The notes under the pieces: generated by a model
Seen by the model: the letters and a program-made list of their open reading frames with translations, nothing else
Databases searched by the model: none
What the model was told of the DNA's origin: nothing
Source: an uncultured bacterium
GTDB lineage: Bacteria > Hydrothermota > Tepidihabitantia > SM23-42 > CAYGYG01
Direction: 5' to 3'
Assembly: GCA_964354155.1 (NCBI GenBank)
Contig: CAYGYG010000009.1
Coordinates: 6,053-70,052 of the forward strand
Length of the DNA stretch: 64,000 nt
Translations under genes and position numbers: made by a program
Shown: positions 28,518 to 37,004 of the stretch, one piece after another
Numbering within the stretch: the first letter of the stretch is position 1
Layout of the letters: each line of letters begins with the position of its first letter

Positions 28518-29612
28518 ATGAGGAAGCTACTCCTATCCGCATGCTGTTTGCTTTTAACCTTCTGCGGTCAGACCCAGGCCATCAAGATCGGAGTGGCCGG
28601 ACCGATGACCGGCGACCAGGCCAAGATGGGCCTGGATATCTATCAGGGTGCGCTGCTTGCGGCCGAAGAATGGAATGCACGTGGCGGTGCACTGGGCAAG
28701 AAGATAGTCATCATCCAGGTCGACGACCGGCACGACCCCAAGGAAGCAGTCAGCGTTGCCAACAAACTCATCAGCGACAAGGCAGTCGGGGTCGTCGGAC
28801 ATCTCAACTCCAACTGTTCGATTCCAGCGTCCCAGGTTTACCACGAATTCGGCGTGATTCAGATAACGCCTTCCTCGACCAATCCCCAGTTGACCGAGCA
28901 GGGGTACAACAATGTTTTCCGGGTCTGCGGCCGGGATGACCAGCAGGGATCGGTCGGGGCGAAGTTCGTGGTCAGTGTTCTCAAGAGGAGGCGAATCGCG
29001 GTGCTGCACGACAAGACAACGTATGGCCAGGGACTCGCCGATGAATTCGTGCGTAACGTGACCCAGGACCAGACTACCAAGGTGGTGGCCTACGAAGGTA
29101 TTCTACAGGGCGACAACGATTTTACCGCGGTACTGACCAAGACCAAAGCACAGAGGCCGGACGCGGTTTATTTCGGGGGCGTCTATCCAGAGGCCGGTCT
29201 TTTGGCGAAACAGATGCACCAACTCGGCCTGAAGGTGCCTTTCATTTCGGGCGATGCGGCCTTCGACAAGAAGTTCATTGAAATCGGCGGCGAAGCAACC
29301 GAAGGTTCGTACCTTTCCTTCAGTCCTTCGTTCGAGGGTCAGCCCAGCGCCAGAAAATTCCTTGATGCCTATAAGACCCGATTCGGTGAGCCGGGACCAT
29401 ACTCGGTTTACGCCTATGATGCCGCGAATATCATTCTCCATGGCATCGCCAACGCCGGCGCTGCCGATGGCGCAAAAGTCGCTGAGGCAATCCACAGCTT
29501 GGCTTACGAAGGCGCGATGGGCAAGATTCAGTTCGACCAGAGGGGCGACGTCCTGATCGCACCCTACATCTTCTGGACGGTCAAGGATGGGAAATTCGTG
29601 CCGGTTGAGTAG
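28518..29612 (+). CDS. livK: Branched-chain amino acid ABC transporter substrate-binding protein (LivJ/LivK family)
   Basis: IKIGVAGPMTG, VVGHLNS, FRVCGRDDQQG, HDKTTYGQGLAD, YAYDA. Confidence 0.9.
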   Translation: MRKLLLSACCLLLTFCGQTQAIKIGVAGPMTGDQAKMGLDIYQGALLAAEEWNARGGALGKKIVIIQVDDRHDPKEAVSVANKLISDKAVGVVGHLNSNCSIPASQVYHEFGVIQITPSSTNPQLTEQGYNNVFRVCGRDDQQGSVGAKFVVSVLKRRRIAVLHDKTTYGQGLADEFVRNVTQDQTTKVVAYEGILQGDNDFTAVLTKTKAQRPDAVYFGGVYPEAGLLAKQMHQLGLKVPFISGDAAFDKKFIEIGGEATEGSYLSFSPSFEGQPSARKFLDAYKTRFGEPGPYSVYAYDAANIILHGIANAGAADGAKVAEAIHSLAYEGAMGKIQFDQRGDVLIAPYIFWTVKDGKFVPVE

Positions 29613-29729
29613 CGGTGAAGAAGATTCCAGGTCTTCTCCAATTTGGGTGGGTCGATTTCGGTCATTTTCTTGGGGATCGGGAAGCAACTTCTAGATATTC
29701 GAGTTTTGTGCGATGAATCGCACCGCTAC
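29609..29729. repeat. GTAG-type REP-like inverted pair
   Basis: GTAGCGGTG (29609) inverted with CACCGCTAC (29721-29729); minus-strand GTAGCGGTGCGATTCATCGCAC hairpin. Confidence 0.45.
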
Positions 29730-29758
29730 CTACTTCCAGTTTCGGATTTGCTTAAGAC

Positions 29759-30340
29759 TTAAGACAGGGTCTTAAGGACGCGTTTGCAGATTTCTTTCAG
29801 GGTTTCAAAGACGCCGACACCCTGACTGGCAACTCCCTCGAAGTAGGGGTAGCTGCCCTGTGAGTTTAGTATCTTCTGGATCTCGGCAACCGAGTTGATA
29901 TTCGGCAGATCCCGCTTGTTATACTGAAGAACGAGAGGGATCCGATCGAGCGAGAGGCTATAGCTTTGCAGATTGTCGAGCATGTTCTGAAAGCTCTCGA
30001 TGTTCACATCGTACCTTTCGATCTGAGAATCGGCCACAAAGACAATACCGTCAACACCCCTGAGAATCAACTTCCTCGAAGCATTGTAGAAGACCTGACC
30101 CGGCACCGTGTACAGATGAAATCTGGTCTTGAAACCCTTGATCGTGCCCAAATCGACCGGCAGGAAGTCAAAGAAAAGCGTACGGTCAAGTTCGGTGGCC
30201 AGGCTGATCAGCTTACCCTTAATCTCCGGGTTCAGCTTGGTGAAGATGTATTTGATATTGGTGGTTTTACCGCCCAGTCCCGGACCATAGTAGACGATCT
30301 TGCAGTTGATTTCGCGGGAAGCATAGTTGATCAGAGCCAT
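29759..30340 (-). CDS. mglA: MglA small Ras-like GTPase
   Basis: KIVYYGPGLGGKTTN, DRTLFFDF, LYTVPGQVFY, YNKRDL. Confidence 0.95.
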   Translation of the reverse strand: MALINYASREINCKIVYYGPGLGGKTTNIKYIFTKLNPEIKGKLISLATELDRTLFFDFLPVDLGTIKGFKTRFHLYTVPGQVFYNASRKLILRGVDGIVFVADSQIERYDVNIESFQNMLDNLQSYSLSLDRIPLVLQYNKRDLPNINSVAEIQKILNSQGSYPYFEGVASQGVGVFETLKEICKRVLKTLS

Positions 30341-30348
30341 CCGATCTC

Positions 30349-30849
30349 CTAAAACCCGAAGAGCTTGTCCAGTTCCTCTTCGGCGGCTTTTGTGAAGTCA
30401 GAGTCTATTTTCGATGACTTCTTCGGCGGGCCATGATCGATCTTTTTGAAGATATTAGCGAATACCCGGTCTAAGGCTTCGGCCGTGGCTCTGGTTTTGA
30501 TACGAACCAACCCCAGCGTTGTGCGCTGATCGAAGATCACCGCGAGAATGACCCGGTCGGCGACGAGGCTGATGTAGATGTTCTCTTTCTCACCCTGGTG
30601 GAAGATTGTGCCGAACTCGCGCTCGCCGATCAGGCTCGCCAGCTGGGAAGTAGCGGCGAAATCGGCCGCCGAGAGAGTGGCAAAAGACGAAAGGTCGATG
30701 CGGGAGGTATCGCCGGTTGACGTAATCAACTGCCCGGCCTTGTCAATCAGCATGGCCGTCTTCGAATTGGTCGAGGCAATTAACTTGTTGAGGACGTCGT
30801 TAATCGCCCAGAATTCCTCTTCGAATATATTAATACCTTCTTGAGACAT
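30349..30849 (-). CDS. mglB: MglB roadblock-domain GTPase-activating protein
   Basis: LIDKAGQLI, AADFAATSQLA.LIGE.EF...FHQGE, TTLGLVR. Confidence 0.93.
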   Translation of the reverse strand: MSQEGINIFEEEFWAINDVLNKLIASTNSKTAMLIDKAGQLITSTGDTSRIDLSSFATLSAADFAATSQLASLIGEREFGTIFHQGEKENIYISLVADRVILAVIFDQRTTLGLVRIKTRATAEALDRVFANIFKKIDHGPPKKSSKIDSDFTKAAEEELDKLFGF

Positions 30850-31025
30850 GACCCGGTTCCATCATTAAGATTACTATTCTATCCGGTAAGGGGCGGTTGT
30901 AAAGAGAAAAGAACGGACGCAAGCTTACGGTGTGTCCCGAAAGGGCGGTAAATCTTACGATAGTGGGCCGGTCCGGCAATGCGACCTCAATCCGGCATGT
31001 CGCCGAGGGATTTGGATAGAAAGAT

Positions 31026-31053
31026 AAGGGGGGTGCGGGACGGCACCCCCCTT
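31026..31053. terminator. Intrinsic terminator-like hairpin after por operon
   Basis: AAGGGGGGTGC-gggacg-GCACCCCCCTT. Confidence 0.7.
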
Positions 31054-31061
31054 TCAATCTT

Positions 31062-31988
31062 CTACTGACCTTCCTGATGGCGTTTCAGCAGTCGATCCCA
31101 CTTGAAGTCAAACTCGGCTTGAATGCGATCGATCATCGCCTGGTCCTTGGCCTTGAAGATGTGGGCAAACCGGTCCTGAATCTTCAGGAATTCGACCACG
31201 GGTTTCTTTTCTTTGGGCATGATCGAAATGCGGTACTTCCGGTTCTCATACTCATAGAGCGGCCAGAAGCAGGTTTCCACTGCCAACCGGCTTATATCGA
31301 GTGTTTTCTCCGGAGGATAGCCCCAGCCCAGGCGGCAGGGCGAAAAGATGTTGATGAAACTGGGTCCATCGGTGGCCAGTGCTTTCCGGACCTTGGTTAC
31401 GAGGTCGTTCCAGTAGGCGATCGTGGCCTGGGCCGCATAGGGGATGTCATGGGCGATGATGATTTCGGTAAGATCCTTGCGCGGCTGCATCTTGCCGGGG
31501 ATGACTTTGCCCGCTACCGAAGTCGTCGTGTGGGCGCCGGTCGGCGTTGCCGAGGAACGCTGAATGCCCGTGTTCATGTAGGCCTGGTTGTCGTAGCAGA
31601 CATAGAGCATGCGGTGACGCCGTTCAATCGCGCCGGACAGAGCCTGAATCCCGATGTCGTAAGTGCCGCCGTCGCCGCCCACCGCGATGAAGTCGATGTC
31701 CTTGGTGATTTTGCCCATTTTCTTCTGCGCCCGGTAAGCCGCTTCGACCCCGCTGATTGTTGCCGCAACGTTCTCAAAGGCGTTGTGGATATAGGGCACC
31801 TTCCATGCCGTGTACGGGAAGATCGTGGTAACGACTTCGGCACAACCGGTAGCCAGGCCGACCACAACCGGGCGTTCTGCGGCCAACAACACCTGGCGCA
31901 GTGCGATCGTGGCGCCGCAGCCGGCACAGGCGCGATGACCGCCGGCCAAAAGGTCGGTTTTCTTTGCCAGTTCTCGCAAGTTCGCCAT
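31062..31988 (-). CDS. porB: Pyruvate:ferredoxin oxidoreductase beta subunit
   Basis: GHRACAGCG, TGCAEV, GGDGGTYDIG...YDNQAYMNTGIQ TPP-binding motif. Confidence 0.93.
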   Translation of the reverse strand: MANLRELAKKTDLLAGGHRACAGCGATIALRQVLLAAERPVVVGLATGCAEVVTTIFPYTAWKVPYIHNAFENVAATISGVEAAYRAQKKMGKITKDIDFIAVGGDGGTYDIGIQALSGAIERRHRMLYVCYDNQAYMNTGIQRSSATPTGAHTTTSVAGKVIPGKMQPRKDLTEIIIAHDIPYAAQATIAYWNDLVTKVRKALATDGPSFINIFSPCRLGWGYPPEKTLDISRLAVETCFWPLYEYENRKYRISIMPKEKKPVVEFLKIQDRFAHIFKAKDQAMIDRIQAEFDFKWDRLLKRHQEGQ

Positions 31989-31989
31989 A

Positions 31990-33159
31990 TCAGCTCCTTA
32001 CCCCGTAATAAGTGATCGGGGCGGTTACCTTTCCTTGGTTCCGGATATCAAACAGCTGCCGGTAGATTTCCTTGATATCCTCAATGCTGATATCGCGTCC
32101 GCCCAGTCCGTAGACGTAGTTGGCCAGCAACGGCTTGGTCGGCTCGTCGTAGAGGATCGAGCGTGTTTCAATGTAGAGCTGGCCGCCGTTGGTCGAAAAG
32201 CTGTCGGAGCGGTCCATGACCCCGACGACTTTGAGTTTCTTGAGTGCGGCCTTGAGCATGGCGACGGGAAAGGGACGAAAAACCCGGAGCTTGATAAGGC
32301 CGGCCTTCTTACCTTCCCGGCGTAACTCGTCGACCGCGATCCGTGCAGTGCCGACGGTCGAACCCATTGCCAGGAGCGCGACTTCGGCGTCCTCACAACG
32401 GTATTCCTCGAGAATGGGATAACCGCGCTTGAAGCGCTGGCTGAACTGTTTGTTCACTTCCTCGATTGCCGGCAGAACATGGTTCATGGCGTCGATCTCC
32501 GACATCTTGTGCTCGAAGTAGTAGTCCTGTAAATCAAGCCCACCCACGGTGAAGGGTTTGTCGACGTTGAGCAGCGAGTACTTGGCTTCCCGCGTGCCGA
32601 CGAAGCTCTTCACGGCTGGGTCATCAAGCAATTCGATGTTCTCCATGGCGTGGCTGATGATGAAACCGTCGATGGTGATCATTACCGGGAGCAGTGTCTT
32701 CTCCGCAATCAGCACGGCCTGAAGGACCGAATCATATGCTTCCTGCGTACGCTCGGTCAAGATCTGAATCCATCCCGCATCCCGGGCACCCATCGAATCA
32801 GAGTGATCACAGTGGATGTTGATGGGGCTGGAAAGCGAGCGGTTGACCAGGCAGAGGACGATGGGCAGTCGCAAACCGGCCGCGATATAGAGAATCTCAT
32901 ACATCAGGGCCAGTCCCTGGGAGGAAGTCCCGGTCATAACCCGGGCTCCGGCCGCCGCCGCACCAACACATGCGCTCATCGCCGAATGCTCGCTTTCAAC
33001 CGCGACATACTCGGTATCCACCTGGCCATTGGCGACAAAGCCAGAAAAGATCTGGACAATCTCGGTGGCGGGGGTAATCGGATATGCGGCGACGACGTCA
33101 GGGTTGATCTGCCGCATGGCCTCGGCCATTGCTTCATTGCCGGTTCGTGCGACAATCAT
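31990..33159 (-). CDS. porA: Pyruvate:ferredoxin oxidoreductase alpha subunit
   Basis: GNEAMA, YPITPAT, ESEHSA, TSSQGL; start MIVART after GGAGG. Confidence 0.93.
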   Translation of the reverse strand: MIVARTGNEAMAEAMRQINPDVVAAYPITPATEIVQIFSGFVANGQVDTEYVAVESEHSAMSACVGAAAAGARVMTGTSSQGLALMYEILYIAAGLRLPIVLCLVNRSLSSPINIHCDHSDSMGARDAGWIQILTERTQEAYDSVLQAVLIAEKTLLPVMITIDGFIISHAMENIELLDDPAVKSFVGTREAKYSLLNVDKPFTVGGLDLQDYYFEHKMSEIDAMNHVLPAIEEVNKQFSQRFKRGYPILEEYRCEDAEVALLAMGSTVGTARIAVDELRREGKKAGLIKLRVFRPFPVAMLKAALKKLKVVGVMDRSDSFSTNGGQLYIETRSILYDEPTKPLLANYVYGLGGRDISIEDIKEIYRQLFDIRNQGKVTAPITYYGVRS

Positions 33160-33443
33160 TTGACCTCCCTTTCCATGGTAATCGCGTTGGCCTTGGGCGG
33201 ACATTCATAGGCGCAGATGCCGCAGCCTTTGCAGAAGTCATAGTCGATCCCGGTGACCTTGCCGTTTTCCACGATGATTGCCGAATCCGGGCAGTAGATC
33301 CAGCAGAGGTAGCACTGGACGCACTTGTCTTTATGCCAGATCGGCCGCTCGCTGCGCCAATCGCCGGTTTTGAATTCTCGCGACGTACCGCCTTCGGGGA
33401 TGACACAGCCGATCTCGAGTTCGGTCCATTTCTTGAGCTTCAT
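33156..33443 (-). CDS. porD: Pyruvate:ferredoxin oxidoreductase delta (ferredoxin) subunit
   Basis: KTGDWR; two CxxCxxCxxxCP motifs. Confidence 0.93.
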   Translation of the reverse strand: MKLKKWTELEIGCVIPEGGTSREFKTGDWRSERPIWHKDKCVQCYLCWIYCPDSAIIVENGKVTGIDYDFCKGCGICAYECPPKANAITMEREVK

Positions 33444-34018
33444 CCTTCAATGACCTCCTCATAGGCTTTCTCGATGGCCTTGACGTTACCGTCGACGATC
33501 TGCGGCCGGCCCGGGAATTTCTTCTCAAGTTTCCCGCGCACCGACTTGACAGTCTCTTTGAAGTCGAGGATCCGGGTAACCTTGATCATGGCCCCGAGCA
33601 TCGGGGTGTTGGGGATGTCGCGACCCAGTATTTCCTTCGATATCTTGCTGGCATCGACGACATAGATTTTCTGCTTCTTGCCAAGATTGAGTTTCTTACG
33701 AAGAACGTCGGGCTTGTCCTGAGTATTGATAAGAAGAACGCCGTCCTCTTTCAAGCCATCGGTGACCGGGACGCTGGCAATCAAGCTTGCGTCGAGAATC
33801 ACCACGATGTCCGGATTTTTCACGCCGCAGTGTTGGAAGATCGGCGCGTCCGAAAGCCGATTGAACGCCTGGACCGGCGCACCCATTCTTTCCGGACCGT
33901 ACTCCGGAAACCCCTGGATGTGCTTTCCGGTGTCCATGGCGGCATCGGCAAAGAGCAGTGCCGCGGTTTTGGCCCCCTGGCCACCCCGGCCGTGCCACCT
34001 AATCTCTAAAAGAGCCAT
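33440..34018 (-). CDS. porC: Pyruvate:ferredoxin oxidoreductase gamma subunit
   Basis: EIRWHGRGGQGAKT, FPEYGPERMGAP, NTPMLGA. Confidence 0.93.
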   Translation of the reverse strand: MALLEIRWHGRGGQGAKTAALLFADAAMDTGKHIQGFPEYGPERMGAPVQAFNRLSDAPIFQHCGVKNPDIVVILDASLIASVPVTDGLKEDGVLLINTQDKPDVLRKKLNLGKKQKIYVVDASKISKEILGRDIPNTPMLGAMIKVTRILDFKETVKSVRGKLEKKFPGRPQIVDGNVKAIEKAYEEVIEG

Positions 34019-34074
34019 GTCGGCCTCCTAATCTTAAGGCAAACGAATAGAATCGAAAATGTGGCTAAGACACT

Positions 34075-34179
34075 ATCCTACAGGGTCGGGCAACCCTAAC
34101 TCTTGGATTACTGGCAATTGTAGGATGAACGTCACCTGTTGTCTTTGATCCGCAAATCAGCGCAACAGGCCGGGCGTTC
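34075..34179 (-). promoter_or_regulatory. Structured 5' leader of por operon
   Basis: Two abutting hairpins: GAACG..CCTGTTG/CAACAGG..CGTTC and ATCCTACA/TGTAGGAT. Confidence 0.4.
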
Positions 34180-34183
34180 TTCT

Positions 34184-34211
34184 ATTATACTCGGATTATC
34201 CGATTTGTCAA
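34184..34211 (-). promoter_or_regulatory. sigma70-type promoter of por operon
   Basis: TTGACA-N16-TATAAT. Confidence 0.75.
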
Positions 34212-34248
34212 GACAGGGACTGAGCTGGTAGGTGACTCGCATCGGATA

Positions 34249-34274
34249 TGTGGGAGCGACATCCTTGTCGCGAA
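34249..34274 (+). repeat. REP-like palindrome
   Basis: TGTGGGA-GCGACA-tcct-TGTCGC-GAA: GTGG tetranucleotide plus hairpin. Confidence 0.45.
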
Positions 34275-34285
34275 AAGAAGCTCAT

Positions 34286-34316
34286 AAAAAAATACGGGGC
34301 ACAACCGTGCCCCGTA
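34286..34316 (-). terminator. Rho-independent terminator of the putative selenoprotein gene
   Basis: TACGGGGCAC/GTGCCCCGTA stem followed by a U7 tract on the minus strand. Confidence 0.8.
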
Positions 34317-34334
34317 CTTCAGATGCAATTCAAG

Positions 34335-36287
34335 CTATCTCAGTAGAATCACCTTTTCCGTTTTCTCTGTTTCCAGGGTAGTCAGCCTCAGGAAATAGAC
34401 GCCTTTGGGCAGATCACGGCCGCGGTCATCGGTGCAATTCCAGTCAAGAACTGTTGTCGTACTGGATATCATTCGGCTCAGGTTGCGCACCAGCCGGCCG
34501 GCAGGGTCATAGACCCGCAGGCTGGCTTTCTGGCCAGCCGGGACCTGAAGGTTGATCATCAGCCGATTTCGGGCGGGATTGGGATAAGCCGAGAAGACCG
34601 GCCGGGAAAGACGGTCTGGCGAATCGGTCTCGATCGCGGTCATCAGCGTCGGGGGCCAGGTTGTGTATTTGAGCGCCCGGGCGGTGGTGATGGGCACGGC
34701 GTACTCGTGGTAAGCTCCTTCGTAGTAGTACTGGAGACCGACACTGCAGCCGTAGTTCTGGATGCCGACCGTGTTGCTGGTCAGGTGCATGGCTTCTTTG
34801 TACTGAACGATGATCTCACCATCACCGGTTGGGGTCGGATAGTAGGCCGGGTCATAGAGAATGATCTCGAAGGTCTCAGGATAGCCGGTCTGACTCAAGT
34901 GTTCGACCTTGAACCATTCGGCAATAAACCGGTGCCGCGTGGCATCATTGTAGTAGTAGACGTCACCCGGGCCGACGGCAGGAGGATAGAGGTCATCCCA
35001 GATGCCGCAGACCACGGCGGGTGGGGCTTGGGTATTGGGCAGGGGCGTGTTGGTCCAGGTGGTGAGGGTTGTCGAGCCGAGGGCGACCCAGCCGTTGGAG
35101 CAAATCGAAACCTGGGTGTAGTTGTTGCCATAGTACTTGAAGGTGAAGGGTAGATTGATGACGAATGTCTGATCGTCCCCCGGATCGAGCGAAACACCCT
35201 GGTTTACCGTCTGGCTTGTATCGATCGGAAACCACGAGTAGACCGGGCATTGCCGCCATGGACCTCCCGAATGGTAGCTGTAGTAATACCCGGTGTCGCT
35301 CGGCGGAACCGAACCGACCATCAGCTGAAAGTCGAACGTATCGGCCCAGGTGTTCTCGCGCGCGATGATGCGGAACGGTGCCTTGTGGCCGAGCGGGCAG
35401 CTGGAAAGGGCCTGCACCCCATAGCGGTCCGCGCTGTTCTCTTTGGTGCTGTCGATCAATAACGAACCGAAATTGCCGCTGTTGTCGGTAATGGTAACGT
35501 AGGGTGAGGTAGTGGAGATCGTCGAAGCCAGGTTGATGAAGCTGCGGCCGCCGATGTTCTTCAAAAAGGCGGTAAGGGTGGCCGTCTCGCCTGGATCCAG
35601 CTTGCCGTTATTGTTGCCGCCGGTGTCGTAGACCTTTGTTTTGATGAAAGAGAGAAAGTACTGCTGCCCAAGATAGTTGAGTGCTGCGTCGTCGGCGAAG
35701 ACCTTCGCCTTTTCGAGAGCACCTCAACACGTATGGGCACAACTGTCAAAGAGTGCAACCCTGACTTTCTTCACCTGGGCCGGAACAACGCCCGGCAGAT
35801 TGGCCAGTTCGGTTCTAAGATTGAACGAATAGGTATGCCAGAGCGTATCGGCAGCCGGAATCAGGTGCTGGGTGCTAGTGTTGCGCCAGGCGCACGGTGT
35901 CGTGAAACGGCAGATCCGAGTCGCGCCCAGAACCGTGCCGCTCGAGTTAAAGTAGGAAAGGATTACCGCCGCCGCGGCCCAGCAGAGAGTGTCCGCGTCG
36001 TTGTCATAGGCATAGAGTTTGGCCTTAATCGAGAATGAGAAACTGTCGACCGAGGTGATGTCAATCGTCTGCCACAACTGTGTGTAGCCACCAGAGTACT
36101 TGTACGCGTAAGCTTCGTAGTCCGGGTCCGGTTCATAACCCGTGGCCCGGTTAACGGTATCATATAGCGACGGAACGTATGATTGCCAGCCAACCGCAAG
36201 GTCTTCCTCGAATCCGGGATTGGCGAGGAAATTGCCGGCGGCGACCAGCCCGATGCACAGTACGACCAGAAGGATAGTCGGCCTCAT
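34335..36287 (-). CDS. Putative secreted selenoprotein (650 aa, Sec188): signal peptide, CBM-like jelly-roll, nidogen/C25-associated-like region, FlgD-Ig/T9SS-A sorting domain
   Basis: ORF-track ORFs 35724..36287 and 34335..35564 are in the same frame and separated only by TGA at 35724-35726 (...SCAHTC-U-GALEKAKVFADD...); SECIS-like hairpin follows. Confidence 0.78.
35678..35726 (-). promoter_or_regulatory. Bacterial SECIS-like element
   Basis: UGA-N14-GGCGAA-GGUC-UUCGCC; apical loop 20 nt after UGA; lower stem GUGCU/AGCAC. Confidence 0.72.
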
Positions 36288-36310
36288 TTACACCTCCTTG
36301 TTTCCTTGAA

Positions 36311-36583
36311 GTTACGACACTAACATTACAACTTTTGCATTTTCTATAATGCGAATAGAATTTAGGTTCGTGGGCTCATATTCGCCCAAGGAAAGTCTAA
36401 AGATGCGGCTTGGTCCGTTTGCGATTAATATCTCCAAATCGAAAGTTAGGGCGCCACCCTAAGCGTGCCGCTTTTCAAGCTAGCAGGGTGGCTTAGGTTC
36501 TGCCCGTGGCTCAGATGAGCCTTACTTCACCTAAAATCTATCCTTATTTCTGTACTTTTACACAAGCCGTGTAACATCATAAC
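36311..36583 (-). ncRNA. Unknown structured element, copy 3 of 3 (in 5' leader of the putative selenoprotein gene)
   Basis: ATAGAATTTAGGT/ACCTAAAATCTAT, GGCTCATATTCGCCC, GCCACCCT/AGGGTGGC, CGTGGCTCAGATGAGCC; outer 12-bp stem pairs fully only with G-U on minus strand. Confidence 0.7.
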
Positions 36584-36614
36584 CCGCTGGTTATTTGATA
36601 TGGCTCGATTCATC

Positions 36615-36642
36615 ATTGTAAACACATCGGCCGAGATGTCAA
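36615..36642 (-). promoter_or_regulatory. sigma70-type promoter upstream of element copy 3
   Basis: TTGACA-N16-TACAAT. Confidence 0.7.
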
Positions 36643-36811
36643 CCTTTATTTCTCGGGCAGTTCGGGCACAGGTCGGACACTTCGACTGCCTACGACCGTA
36701 CCGTCGGAAGCTCGCTCCTGCCGAGTGCCATTTCGCCGGATGTTCCGATGAGTCAATGCTTATCTCCTAAATCACACGCGGGGACAGCACAGCAAGGTCC
36801 ATATAATCCTG

Positions 36812-36839
36812 TTGACATTTCAACAAAACTGACTATAAT
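36812..36839 (+). promoter_or_regulatory. sigma70-type promoter
   Basis: TTGACA-N16-TATAAT. Confidence 0.75.
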
Positions 36840-37004
36840 CGTGCTCGCGTTTCTACGCCTTTTTTTGAACATCCGAGAAATCCATTGTCATTCGGATGGT
36901 CGATTTTGTCAGTCTAAGGAGGTTGCCCATCAGCTTTTCTTGTCTTGGTCTTAGTAGGAAAGTTTAGAGAATCTCCGGCCCGGGGTTGAGATACTGCGTT
37001 TATT

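Noticed and set aside
35561-35758. Frameshift or pseudogene explanation, and the ORF-track ORF 35561..35758
   Set aside because: The flanking ORFs are already in the same frame, so no frameshift is needed; this alternative-frame ORF has no recognisable content.
20917-36583. Elements as a CRISPR array, hammerhead/pistol ribozymes or T-box leaders
   Set aside because: Copies are dispersed rather than arrayed; the core is CUGAGCC/GGCGAAU, not CUGANGA/GAAA; a pistol-like stretch appears only in copy 3 without P1; no T-box sequence.
36845-37004. Possible c-di-AMP (ydaO) riboswitch ahead of the K+-related operon
   Set aside because: Only one simple hairpin (CATCCGAG/TTCGGATG); the conserved ydaO sequence blocks are not visible.
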